Of a DNA stretch of 64,000 nucleotides, positions 51,728 to 64,000 are shown one piece after another. The first letter of the stretch is position 1. Each line of letters starts with the position of its first letter. A program made the position numbers and the translations under genes. This stretch comes from Callorhinchus milii (lineage: Eukaryota): the NCBI RefSeq assembly GCF_018977255.1, contig NW_024704743.1, positions 35,714,001 through 35,778,000 on the forward strand, given 5' to 3'. Under the pieces are notes generated by a model. That model searched no databases and had not been told where the DNA came from. It saw nothing but the letters and a program-made list of their open reading frames with translations.

Positions 51728-52225
51728 GTGTCAGCCTGGCTCAGTTGGTAGCACTCTCGTCTTGAAGTCAGAAAGTTGTGGATTCAAGCCCCACGTCGGG
51801 ACTCAACAACAACAAAATTACATTTGTGAAGTGTCCTTCACGTTGGAAGGATGACCCAAGATGCTGGGACTCAGAACCCATATCATCTATGCTGACACTC
51901 CAATGCCAGTGCTGGGAGAGCTCTGCATTGCCAGAGATACCATCCTACAGATAAGATCGAGGTCCCGTCTGCCTGTCCAAGAGGACGTTAAAGCTCCAAT
52001 GACACTATTCGAAAAGAGAAGGAAGTTTATCCTGGTGTCCTGCTCAACAATCCCCCAAATAAAATTGGTCTCCTACTTCATGGCTGTTTGTGGGACATTG
52101 CTGTGTGCAAATTGGCTGCAACATTCATCTACAAAATAAAGTCATTACATGTTATAGTGTATCCAGTGATGCACTAGATGATATGATAAAAAAAGATATC
52201 AAATCTAAACATTATTATCATTAAT
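51728..52225 (+). mobile_element. near full-length DeuSINE-type SINE (tRNA head, Deu-like core, L2-type tail) with a nested 60-bp insert
   Basis: Head tggctcagttggtagcactctcg...ggattcaagcccc; core cgaggtcccgtctgcc...gttaaagctccaatgacactattcgaaaagag...cctggtgtcctg resembles the Deu domain; family assigned from memory. Confidence 0.75.
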
Positions 52226-55200
52226 AATAATTATTCTGCATATTTCTAAGTGATCTTACTTCCCAAGTGCCTTGGATAGCATTCTAGTTGACTTTGCATA
52301 TTAAAGCCCCGGAATAAATGTAACACTGAATATTTTCCAGTAAAGTACTGAACTGTACCACAGAGAAGCATTAATTCCCTTTAATATCCCTCAAATAAGC
52401 AACAGTTTACTTTTGGAGGATATTTTTCATGCATTTGCACTCGACAGGATGAGAGATTGTTGGTGCTGTGCTGTGGAGAGCCACTCTAGACTGTGAGCTC
52501 AAAGTCCTTTTGTGGAACCCACATGCTGTCATTTGACTCAAACTGACACAATTTGGATATTTGTAAATAGCAAATCCTTCAACTACCTGCATATGTTAAC
52601 TTGAAGAAGAGAATATTAAAGTGTTTGGGCAGTGATTAGAAGTGTGGGATTAGATCAAGTTGCTGATGTGGAGAATTGGGTTAAATGACCAATTTCTGCA
52701 CTTAACACTCTAATTGGTGTCTCAGGCCGGTCCCCTGGACTCTCCTTTGGCCACAGTCATTCACAGATCTCTTCCAACACACTTTTCAATTGCTTACTCA
52801 TCAGCAATGGTGGTGGGAGGAAGAGTGTTGAGTGATTGGAGCCTTTCTGAACAGTTTGCAAACTGTATTACTCGCTTACAGGCCCAACCAGAACTTCCAG
52901 TTTGCGTTGTGCTTGTTTGAATACAGAGAAGTCTAGTGTATTACAAATACCTTTTCTGGTGCTCATCCATCTGGACGGCTTTCAACTCTCCAATCAGTTG
53001 CTGATCCCAGTGCTGGTATTTGTAAAGTCAAGTCTTTTGTTGAAATGTGGAATTATAGTCCTTTTGTTTTCATAATTCTTTAAATGGACGGAAAGTGGAG
53101 GAGTGTTGAATGAAAAGATTTTTTTATTCCCCTCTCTGTCCCCCCCCCCCCCCAACCACCTGCCACACCACTTTCCATGTTCTATCCTGAGGATGATTGA
53201 AACCAGAAACATACCTGTTCTGAAATCCAGTCTCCTCCAAATGAATGAAGAATGTGAGATAACCACATGGGCCGCACACTTGCAGCCACTGCTGAGGTGC
53301 CAGGAGCTATCACACAGTGCAGGGCTGTAGAGAAACGAATGGTCCTTGTCTGGCGGGGAAATTGCTGTTCTCTTCTCGTGAGCATTGGAGCTAGTTTTCT
53401 TTTATTTTACTGATGAAGACTATAAGTTCCAGAGCAATTGCTTAACGGCAGCTCTCATGCTTATCATCTTTCTGTGTATGTCTTACTGTGCCTCTGAGAG
53501 TAAAAAGCATTCACTCCAGTCCCACTCCAGTAAATTCTGAGGATTCCAGTTCCCTCCTTCTCACTGAGGCCATTAATAGCAGCCTTCCTTTCCTGGCTGA
53601 GGTCAATTAACTGATCACCGGTCTAGATTCAAACCTGGGACTTTCTGGTCTGGAGGTCTTGGGGTCTTGGTGCTATACTGGGTGCTGCCTTATCTTCTCA
53701 GCCATCAGAGAGTCACTATTATCACTCATTTCCATCTTTTTAGACACGGTTTAACTTGAGTTTACATTTTGTTTAAAAAGCAGTGACTTGAGTTAACAGT
53801 TGTCACATCGTGTCACTTCCTGTGCAGATGGTGATTCTTTTCAACTATTTCTGAAAATGAAATTTATGTTTAAAAAAGAAAGAGATGGCAACAATCAAAA
53901 TCCAGACTTATGGTAACCAGCTACCATCTTTTTGTAGATTTCCTTTTTGCCACTTTTGGCTGGAGGAGATTCCACAGGTGTCAGGTGACTTCCTGGTACC
54001 TCGCTCATTGTGACCGTTCTTCGTTGTGTGACCCTTGGCAGTAGATGGCATCAGATAGAGGACATTGCTACCAACCACTGGTGTCTCCTCTGACAATCAC
54101 ACAGCGCACCTCTAGCAGGGTCACTGAATGGGGATCAAGAGAGGGAATCCTGGTTGATATTCCCCCTTCACACTTTCCCAGCCCAGGATACATTTGTATT
54201 ATCCCAAATAGAAGCGGCAAGGTGGAGAGGATCCAGGATGGAGTTCCAGAGGAACTCAGAAAGGCTAGAAGCCCAATTTCCGATGGTGGAGCAGGCAGAG
54301 TGGGGGGCATGGAGCAGGCCAGTACCCTCCGAGCGGACGGAGCAGACAGATTGGTAGGATTTTAGGATTAGAGGAAGGATGGAACACAGAAGAAGACCAT
54401 TGTGTTGCTGGCTCTTTTAAGAGCATTTTTTGAGCCCAATCCTGCCCTTTCCCCATTACCCTTGTAGCTGACTACTTTTTAGATATCTATCCAGTTTCCT
54501 TTTGAAAAGCTGGATTCTGCCACAATCAGCTACCATTATAGATTAGTGTTACGCTGGGTGATTCCTTTATACACAAGGCCACTGCAGAGTCTTCCCAAAC
54601 TATTTACACTGAATATGAGTAGTTCTCGCTTTCTTATAATCCGCCCATTTGGGAGCCTAAACTCGGAAGGTTGGAAGGCTATTCAAACAGTGGAGGGATA
54701 CCACAATCAAGCCAATCCCCTCCCCTCTTTACGTTGAGCTCCATTACCATCAGACATTACAAAGTGAAATGTTTTTGAAGGCTCTGTGCTCTGATTTACT
54801 GCTTGGTCAGGAGGTTTATATGATAAATACACCGTTGAGCAAAGCAGCACTTCATTATATCACTAAAATGGAAGATAGAATTGTGGCTCAAGCATTTTGT
54901 TGCCAGGCAGTTAAACAGGCAGCATCCAACTGCTTTAGACGTATTCTGGGACGTGCTCAGGCAGTTATTTGGGAGGGGAAGTGGTAAAGAGTGATTGAAT
55001 TGCTTTGAAACGTCCCTGTGATGGTATCTTCCCCAGCAGGCCTTGCTGGCTGGAGGAGATAAACACTGACTTCCTGTTCAGCTGTGTGTGTTTACCTCCT
55101 AATGTCTTTCTGGAATATAGAAGCAGAGACCAGACGAGCTAAATTACCACAGGGGAAGGACTAGTCCATTGCAGCAAGTGGAAAACAATAGACTGAGCCT

Positions 55201-58200
55201 TCCGAATGCACTGTCTGTGTTACTGAGATTAAACCCTGCCTTGTTTCCATTGATACTCTACGGAATGGACTGCGGCTGTAATGCAGGTTAACTTGTATGT
55301 CTTTCCCTTCCCTCGTCCCAAAGCTGCCCTGGACGGCAGGGCAGGTGGGACACCTACTCAACAACAATAACTTACATTTATATAGCGCCCATCATCAAGG
55401 TAGCATCCCAGAGCACTTGAGGCCTTCCAGGCCTGTGCCAGTGACAGAGTGTAACCAGTGTTGGGACATATGTGAGGGCAGCCAGGATTGAATAAGTCCC
55501 TGAGATTGTTTATTTAGGTGAAAAGGGGTGTGGGACGGGCATGAATCAAGAGGTTGGTGTGTATGAAATCGGGCAATGCTCTTCCCCAGTACCTGTCTAT
55601 GTTATAGGGGAGGAGCCCCCCCCCCCCCCCAGTCTGATGTAAGGGGCAATATGGGGAAATTTTCTGTTTGTTTTGTTGGGGGGCGGTCTTTGGCCTAACG
55701 TTGACGTGTTCTGGATGCCTTCCTGCAGTCGGACTGGGCTGTTGAAGAGAGACTTCAGGCTTACATCTGGGACATTTGGCAGAACAAAACACGTCTGGTC
55801 TTGTGATGTGGCTTCTGTTCACTTTTTATATAAAAAGAAGCTTTTATTCAAAACAAAGATCTCTGATGGTTGGAGATGGATTACATATTTCAGCATTCAT
55901 TGGTTTACATTGGCTTTTACACACACACCACACACACCCTACAGGCAGTATACACTGACAGACACACAATTATTCCACGGACACACACACACACATGAAC
56001 AACCTCCACACACACACAGCTGTATAATTTGTCATCACAATGTCAATATCCTGGCCACATTTTTTTGAAATGTATTTATAACTTGCCACTCCGGATAACT
56101 CGTCACTAAGCCCTTTACCCTTGGAGAGGCGAGTTATCTGGAGTTTACTGATTATATTTCTCTCTTTCTATACACGCAAACACATGCATACTCACACAGT
56201 CTGTGTGTGATATCACGGAAGCCTTGTTTGATGATGTTGTCTGGTGCAGGGCCTTCCTTAGCCACACTGAGTGAAATACTGGAGTGACTGAGTAGCATGT
56301 CTTTTGCCATGAGGGGAGCCTCCGTCCATGTATCCTTAACATCCTACATTATAAATGTAATTATTATTGTCTGACAGTTTAACAGCGGCATCATAAGAGT
56401 TAACACAAACTCCAGTATGAGGAGCAGTGAAAAGAACATTTTTCGTTTCGTCGAGGGACACAGCATTAGCTGAGGGCTGGGCTGGGAGTCTGCCTTTAAA
56501 TCATCGTCTTCTGCAGCTCATGAGTATTCCCAGCTATTGAACACCCACGGAATGCTCTCTGCCCCTCCCGTGGGCCATTATGTAAAGTGATTTGACGCAA
56601 CAGTTTAACCCTTTTTGTTCACAGTGTTGCATTGATCACTCTGATTTACCCCCTTTCTTCCCCGTTTTCTCTCTCTTCCCGTCACTCACTCCCAAAATCC
56701 CAGCAGCTCGAATTGGATTGGCAGGAGATCTGCCCTCTCGAGCCTGTCAGTACCACATTCTTGTTTGGCTCATCACTTACTTCAGATTTTTTCGCACACT
56801 CTTTCACTCTCTCCCCTAACTACCAGGCCAAAATTGTGCACATTGCCTCCTACAACATTTAAGCGCTCCGAGTGAAGGGCATTATATAAATGAAAGTTGT
56901 TGTTGTTGTTGTTACCTTTGCCTCTCGGTGCCTGAGCTGAGACTAGATTCAGATTGAGTTCCTGGTAATTACAGACCCAGTGCTTGACTGTGGACCCGAC
57001 CTGGCCCATCCCAGTCAGTGGCCTTGCCTTTTTAATAAAGAATACACACTGGCGATCAGGGCTGGGGTGGAGGGGATTCATGGAGCTTGGCAGGGAGGCC
57101 AACAGGAAGTGACAAATGTGCTTCCTGTACTGCTCGCTGTAAAGAGATTTAATTAAACAAAATCTACATTACAGTTTGGTGCACTGAGGCAAAGCGAATG
57201 TAACTCAGGGCGTAATGTTTCATGTTTCTAAATGAACCATTTGGCCCCTGACTACAAATAATATGATATACTTTTCGGAAAGGATTGAATGGGCTTCTGG
57301 GAATTTCTCCTCCTCCGGGCCCATGTCGATCTTGCGAACTTGTAGAAAATAAATTCTGTGAGTTTTTAACAGATGTGATGTATGAGGCAAACTTAAAAAT
57401 ATATGAAAATAATGGAGGCAAGCTCGTAACTCGTATCCACCCATACCTCCTTCCCACTCTGGGTTATCCTTGAAGTAATGAAGGCATGCATTGCCTGCTT
57501 GGTTTTGTGTCCTTATCTCTTTATTAACACTCTTGCGAAGGGAGAATAGTAAAGGTTTGGATTCAGGGGCCAGGGTACAAAGGCTGTTTTCAAGTCGTTG
57601 GTAGTTATCTTGAGTTAGCAGACTTTGCCAAATAATAAAAGCTGGTGGGTATGTTCACATCAGAGCCTGCCCTTCTCCTACATGTGGAAAGCTGGGTTCA
57701 GCACATCTTCTCTTGCCTGTGTTTGATGGCAGCAGAGATATATCATTAATGCCATTGTTCCCCAAATGTGAAGACCAACAATAGTTTATTAAAAACCATT
57801 ATTAACCTGTTTGGGTATAAAGATGATCCATGAAAAGCTGCAGATTGGAAACGCAAACTTCTGCAAAAGAAGCGAAACGATTGCCAACAAATGCACAGCC
57901 ATTACACTTCATGATAAATTACTGTAAACGCTTTGAGACATCTTGACGATATGATAAGGCACTGTATCAAATGTGGGGATTATCAAATATGAGGATAAGG
58001 CCGGAGGACTTGCTTATTCTAACACATTTTGGGTTATTTTATGGGTTTGATTTGTCTCTGTGGAAAGGGTTGCCTCGTGCTGAGGTTACTGTTCCACTGA
58101 TAGAATCTCTCCCCCCACATACATTTCTGTTTACATGAAGAACAGTGACTGGAGGCAGTGTCCATATGATACAGATCAGAGAGCCTGGGCAGTGATGATG

Positions 58201-59490
58201 CACATAGAGCATTGTTATAAGGCACTAAATCAAATTCAGGGATTTATTATTATTATTTGCCTACAACCCTCTCCACCCCACCACCACCTCCAGTTTCACA
58301 GCTGACAGTTAGCCTGCCCGCCTCACACAGCTCTTCAGTGCCCGACTGGTGCTCAACAGTGTTTGTGTACATCGTAAGACCTCTCTCTCAACTGAGCTAA
58401 TTCCAGAGGAAAAGATAGCATCTGCCATATCAGAAAGAGAATAAATATTACTGTATGTTCTCAAATCTACCCACAATTAGCTGTTAAGGTTTTAAAAGTA
58501 GATTTCCTGTTGCCCGCAGTTCTTCGTGTTTCGTCTGCCCTGTGCGGCCCAAGTTCTCTCATAGGGAATGAACAAATTCCACAGTGTCTAGTGAGAGGAG
58601 GAAATAGTAGGAACTGCTGAGAGACCAAACTGACTTCCTGACATTGGCACTTCAAAGAGCTGGATAATCATTCTCTGGTTCCTTAATTATATTATTTGTG
58701 TGTGCACTACTTTACATTCGACGATAAAAATTCTCTGTATCTTGTCCGTCAAATTTGTTTCTTTCAAGGCTGAAACGTCATAAATATATATGTATATGTT
58801 AGATACACTGTTAAATTACTACGGTACCCTAAATTTGTTAGAATTGTTAGTTTGCTTGATAGTGGCCAGTTCACTGGGCTGATGCAAATAAAAATAATTG
58901 AGGTAATATGTTATTTTAAAAAGGAGGCCATCACTGCAACACCCAGTCCTGTCCCCACCCAAAACTGCACGTGCTTGTAGTAGGCACTGAGTTGCCTCAC
59001 TAAGAATGTGTGACCTTCCTGTTTTTTAGGAACTGAGCAGTGCTTTAGGAAGCCGAGCCATTGGATATGTCCAACCTCTCTCTGAAACTCCGTGTCTGAC
59101 TAGGAAATAGTCCACATTGAAATTCCATTAAACTTTATCTGTTTGTTGGGGGTAATTTAAGAAAAAACTACCGTGATGACAAAACATTTCACATCAAAGG
59201 GCTCTCATCCATTTCTTACTAGGCCAGAGTCCATATTTGCGAGCAGCAAGGATGAGGCAATAGAGGTGTGAGCTGCCCATTGATGGCATGTATCGCAGGG
59301 TGACCTTTGAGCTGTTTGTTTGTTATTGAGGGCGAGGTTTGCACCTAGGCTCCGTTGTGTAAGAATGTGTGTGACGTACCTTTCTCTCTGACTTGCTGAA
59401 TGAGGAGAACCCTCCTTCTTTTCCCCGTTCCCCCAACTCACACTGGAGGGTTACCCTGCTCCACACGCTCCTGTTTAATGCAGTCAGTGA

Positions 59491-59697
59491 TAATAATAAT
59501 CCTTGCTTTGATATAGCGCTTTTCACGTCGGGAGGACGTCCCAAAGCGCTTCACAGAACACACTGTAAAGTGAATTGACTTTATATTTGTGGGCGAACGC
59601 GGCAGCCAATTGCGCACAGCAATGTCCCACAAACAGTCGTGGATTGAAAATGACCAATTTATTATTGTTTTTGGTTTTGGAGGGATTATTATTGGGC
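59491..59697 (-). mobile_element. young 5'-truncated copy of the tRNA-Ala SINE
   Basis: High identity to 9702-9905; putative TSD gtgat at 59487-59491 and 59698-59702. Confidence 0.9.
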
Positions 59698-60707
59698 GTG
59701 ATGCAGCTCAGCACTATTTTGACAATTTACTAACTTAGTACTTGTTGTCTGCTTATAAGTGACTGCGATGCAATTTCATTAGCAGTGCAAAATAAAACCT
59801 TATACAAGCGTGATTAGTTATCACAGTGACCAATTTGAGAATTCCTACCGGTATCCATCCCATTGTCTGTGTTTACAGGTGAGGTATAGGGCTATTATGG
59901 GAAATGAAGAAAGAGCAGGAAATGGGATTAAACCTTGAAAGCTGCTGTGATCGAATAAAATGGTAGGAGCTGGCTCAACAGACTGGATGCCTCCTCCTGT
60001 TCGTATGGGAAAGAATTATGCCAATAATGTTAAACTCTGACTTCAGTGTAACAGCGAGTACAGTTGTCCACAATGATGGAAGTGTTTTGACACATACACC
60101 AGGGGAGAGGTTAAAATGTGTGGGATACAGGCGAATAAGGGAATATGCATAATTATTAAAAAGCTTGATTGAGCCCAACAAAAGGGAAACAGAGTAGTTT
60201 TACAGTACTAAAGGCAGATCACAGAGCTGCAGAAGGTACGGCTTCCCTCCCTGCAGAGCTTGGAATTTCAGTACAGAATTTCAGTGCAAACCTGTCTTGA
60301 CTTGCAAGCATCCACCCTGGATTCAGGCAGTGCTGAGCTGTGATTCACCACTCCTCATGCCAGCACACAGCAGATTTCACACTGTCCCTTAGACTTGTGT
60401 GTGTGTGTGTGTGTATACCATCCAGAAAACGTCCTGTCAGCTCCTTTTCTTAAGCGTTCCATGTGTCTATGTAGAGGGATCTTGAAAAGCCTCTTGAATG
60501 GCTGGAAATCTGTTTCTGTTCTGTGGGCTGAGTGCTATTATTACCAGAAGGGGGGGTGGATAGATATTGTGACAGACATGTTTTTTCACTCTTTGTGTGA
60601 AATAGTTTCAAGAGTTCCTGCAATTATCAAAGCTTCACATTTAAAGGTTGTGTTGTTTTCCAACACTTATGTCCAAAATACACTTTTACTTGTGTCAGTA
60701 TTTCATG

Positions 60708-60935
60708 ACAACAACAAGATTACATTTGTATAGCGCCTTTCACATCGGGAGGACGTCCCAAGGCGCTGGACAGTGTACAGCATTTCAGACCCAAGCTGGG
60801 GTCAGGGAGGGAGGGAGTGGAGGGGAAAGGGGGTGACCGATAGTATGGTCAAAGAGGAGAGTTTTGTGGCAGGACTTGAAGGAGGCTAAGGAGGGGGCGA
60901 GGCGGAGTGATTGGGAGATGGAGTTCAAGAGGTTG
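60708..60935 (-). mobile_element. L2 3' end, minus strand
   Basis: acaacaacaagattacatttgtatagcgcctttcacatcgggaggacgtcccaaggcgctggacagt...gtcaaagaggagagttttg. Confidence 0.8.
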
Positions 60936-61639
60936 GAAAAAATGCTTTTTTAAAAAAAAAACTGCTGGAAAAAGTTCCTCCCATATAAACAGTGGTTTGT
61001 GCAGGCCCCCTCCCCCTTTATTTATGCATGTATGATTGTCTATTATTTTGTGTATTGTTTTGACAGTGAGAGTGAACTGCGCTATTTGACCGCAGGGAAT
61101 AACACAAGCAGAGGCCCTGATCTATTCCTCGGCAACATGTACATGCAGCATATTCCAGCAGGGCTCGCAAGATAAACGATCCGGATCCAGAGCCCTCTGG
61201 CCCAGGAGAGCACTGAGGCCAATTGTCACATCCCAAATACTGCCTTGGCTGAGATCAGCTAACTCAGCACAGAGTGGAGATTCAAACCTGGTTTGTAGGG
61301 CTCGTTTGCATGAAATTGTTTGTTTCACTCTCTGGAATTCCTGGCGTTCCTCTCCCTTTCCTCCTCTCTCTCCTCCTTTAAAACTTACTTTAAGATCTAT
61401 CTCTTTGAGAGTCGGACTTTTTTCCCCTCAACTCCTTCCTCCCCCCATATTTGAATCTCTCCATGAACACCCCAAATTATAGTAGTCTCCTTTCTTTTAG
61501 ACATTTTTCCGCACATGAAATTTCCAGTATTTTAGGTCTGTCTACTTCTTGCATTAGTGACTCTGCGGAGCTATACCGGAGAGAAAGGTGATGACTGTAC
61601 ACTGGAGCAGTTCCACAAACCAGCCCGGAGATCAGTACC

Positions 61640-61752
61640 TTAATAATAATAATAATCCTTGCATTTGACATAGCGTCTTTTCATGTCGTTGAGACGTCTC
61701 AAAGCACTTCACAAGATATACTGTAAAGTGATTGAGTGTGTATTTTGTGGGC
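61640..61752 (-). mobile_element. SINE 3' tail fragment
   Basis: taataataataataatccttgcatttgacatagcgtcttttcatgtcgttgagacgtctcaaagcacttcac. Confidence 0.8.
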
Positions 61753-62229
61753 GATTAGGATAGGTGTGAGAGATGAAATAGATGCACCAAGTCTAGAAAA
61801 CCAAGCCCAGATCGCATCTGAAGAATTTCCTCTTTGATCGGCCTAAGGTCACTTTCCCTCTCGTACGGCTAAGGGCCAAGTTTCGCTACTGTTAAGCGCT
61901 CTAACACATAACCGCATGAAGGGCGCTATATAAATGCAAGTTATTGTTATTGTTTCCCTGGCCCTCACCGTGCTGGTCTGCTCCTTTAAATGTTAAACGA
62001 AAATCCATTTTCGTTCCAATCACTAGAATGGATTAGAATGCAAAATAATCTTTGCATTATGCATTTGTAATGGGAAATCCCACAATAAGCACCTGGGAAA
62101 TCCAATTATGAACCTGTGATGAAAAGCTTGTTAGTTTTAGCAATCTAGATCCCTGTGTGCGCGTGCGTGCATACGCCAGTGTGTGTGTGGGATGTGTTGC
62201 GTGTCTCTGCCTGCCCCCTCTCTCTGTTT

Positions 62230-62500
62230 AATGGGACAGGCAGAGAGGGGTTCAAAATAAGGAGAGATGAGAAAGAATATCTTCACTCACAGAGGGCTGT
62301 TGGGGTATGGAATTAATTGCTGCAGTGGATATTCAAGCAGGATGGATGGAATCATTCAAAGGGAATTGGATAAGCACCTGAGCAGCCAATGTAATACAAT
62401 GGGGAGTGAGCTGGAAAGTGGGATTTGTGATAAAAGATGATGATGTAGGTAGCAATGGGAAATAGGCTGAATGACCTCCTTTTGCACTGAACTGTTCTCT
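62230..62500 (+). mobile_element. old CR1 3' fragment
   Basis: agaaagaatatcttcactcacagagggctgttggggtatggaat...ggaattggataagcacctga...ggctgaatgacctcctt. Confidence 0.65.
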
Positions 62501-63099
62501 AGTTATACGAGCAGTCTGGAAACACCTGGAAAGTTAACACATGGTGACACCGTTGAAGCACGCGCTCGCGGGTGTGTTTTATTTGGTGGGGGTGGGGGCA
62601 TTTTATCAAACAGGTGGTAGTGGCAACTGTTGCTGAGTGGAGGGACTGGACTGTGTCGGAATTGAGAAGCAGCAGCAGATGGGCCGCAGTTACATTAAGA
62701 GGAAGCGAGTGTGTGCTACACGGTTCGTCCTTGCTCTGCACTTTCATGCGGTTGGTTCAGTGTCGTGCTGTGTTCCACGTTTCAGGAAAATTACTCATTG
62801 GTTGACTGGTTGTTTGTTGTGAAAGACCTTTCTGATTCACCGAGGCTCGACTTCATGAAGAGTGTGAGAGGCCAGGAGGAATGGCTCCTTGTCTCAACTT
62901 AACCTACATTTTTGCATGGATTGAGGAACTGTGGAAGATGCCAGTGACTCATACAGCAACTGCTTAATAATGTTCCCAGGACAGGCCAAGGATTCAACCT
63001 TAAAAGGAGCTTTTTTTTAAAATCATCTGTTTTATATTTTTTATAATTCTTTTTGCTTTTTATTTTGGTGGGGAGGGGGAAATAATTTTTTGCCATTAA

Positions 63100-63470
63100 T
63101 TATCGGATGAAGTGTTAAATTGGGGTCCGTTCCGGTGGCCTTAAAGATCCCATGGTACTATTCGAAAAGAGAATGAAGTTGCTCCCGGTGTACTGGCCAA
63201 CAATCCAACAACAACAAGATTACATTTGTATCGTGCCTTTCACATCGGGAGGACGGCCCAAGGCGCTGAAATCCCCCAAATAAAATTGGTCACTCACTGC
63301 ATAGTTGTTTGTGGGACACTGCTGTGCGCAAAGGGGCTGCTGCGTTTTGCCCACAAAGTACACAGTCAGTCCACTTTACAGTATATCCTGTGAAGCGCTT
63401 TGAGGCATCTCAACGTTGTGATAAGGTGTTATGTCAAATGCAAAATGCAAGGATTTTTATTATTATTATC
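63100..63470 (+). mobile_element. DeuSINE-type SINE (5'-truncated) with a nested ~62-bp insert
   Basis: ttaaagatcccatggtactattcgaaaagagaa...ctcccggtgtactggccaac...aaattggtcactcact...gtgaagcgctttgagg...aaggatttttattattattatc. Confidence 0.8.
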
Positions 63471-64000
63471 AGATTGAAGGATATGAGGGGATATCCTATC
63501 ATTGTGAACTACTTGGTGCCACCATTAAGAATTTCTGTGCCAGGTGCAGCACTAGCAGAGCTTCAGGTTTAGCGCACAGCATTCGGTCTCTGAACCAACT
63601 TTCTCACTATCGTGCCATACTGTAATGCAGCTTGGGATTTAATAGATTGCAAGCACTGTGTTACAACATGTTGCGTTCTCTTTGTGCATCTGAGTTTGTA
63701 TATCTCTTACACCTTGAGCTCACCACTTGGCTGTAGACCTTATGTTGCCCCACTTAAAGTACGCTTTTTATATGGCTTTCTTCCCTCACTCCTCCCCACA
63801 CAGAATTTCCCCCCTCCATCAGCATCACATAAACGTGCTCACACACACACACACAACGCACTTATTTCAAATTTGATCCAGATCATTTCCTTCTGCTGGG
63901 GAGTGAGAGAAGGAATGGGAAAAAAGCATTTAATTGGGAGAAGTAGAGTTCCAGTGCAGCGGGGACACACATTGGTAGGGATACACCCTGTTTTTCTATT

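Noticed and set aside
57815..57925. aagatgatccatgaaaag (KMIHEK) resembling the next RREB1 exon (HMKIHEKD)
   Set aside because: No acceptor in the right phase, no downstream similarity (no SPLKRRR-like motif), and it runs into a SINE tail; the next exon is probably beyond 64000

Overview
Eukaryotic (vertebrate) genomic DNA, most likely a cartilaginous fish; this is inferred from the CR1/L2/DeuSINE repeat mix and a divergent but orthologous gene. The window lies almost entirely inside the 5' half of RREB1 (Ras-responsive element-binding zinc-finger protein 1) on the + strand. Three coding exons are confidently recognisable (36100-36308, 44649-44738, 45717-45880). Two upstream exons (ATG at 5963-5972; 32943-33077) splice in frame and would add an acidic N-terminal extension. 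The next RREB1 exon is not found before the window end. The introns are filled with CR1 and L2 LINE fragments, at least three SINE families, and many ~60-bp hairpin-plus-tail micro-insertions. Positions 15672-29989 form a near-identical A-B-C-B-A-B-C direct repeat with A and C both ~2.5 kb, most likely an assembly artefact. Nearly all entries in the ORF track are spurious or repeat-derived. I see no prokaryotic-type system (no CRISPR array, operon or defence island). The most interesting biology is the RREB1 N-terminus with its uORF-packed leader, and the minimal stem-loop retro-insertions.
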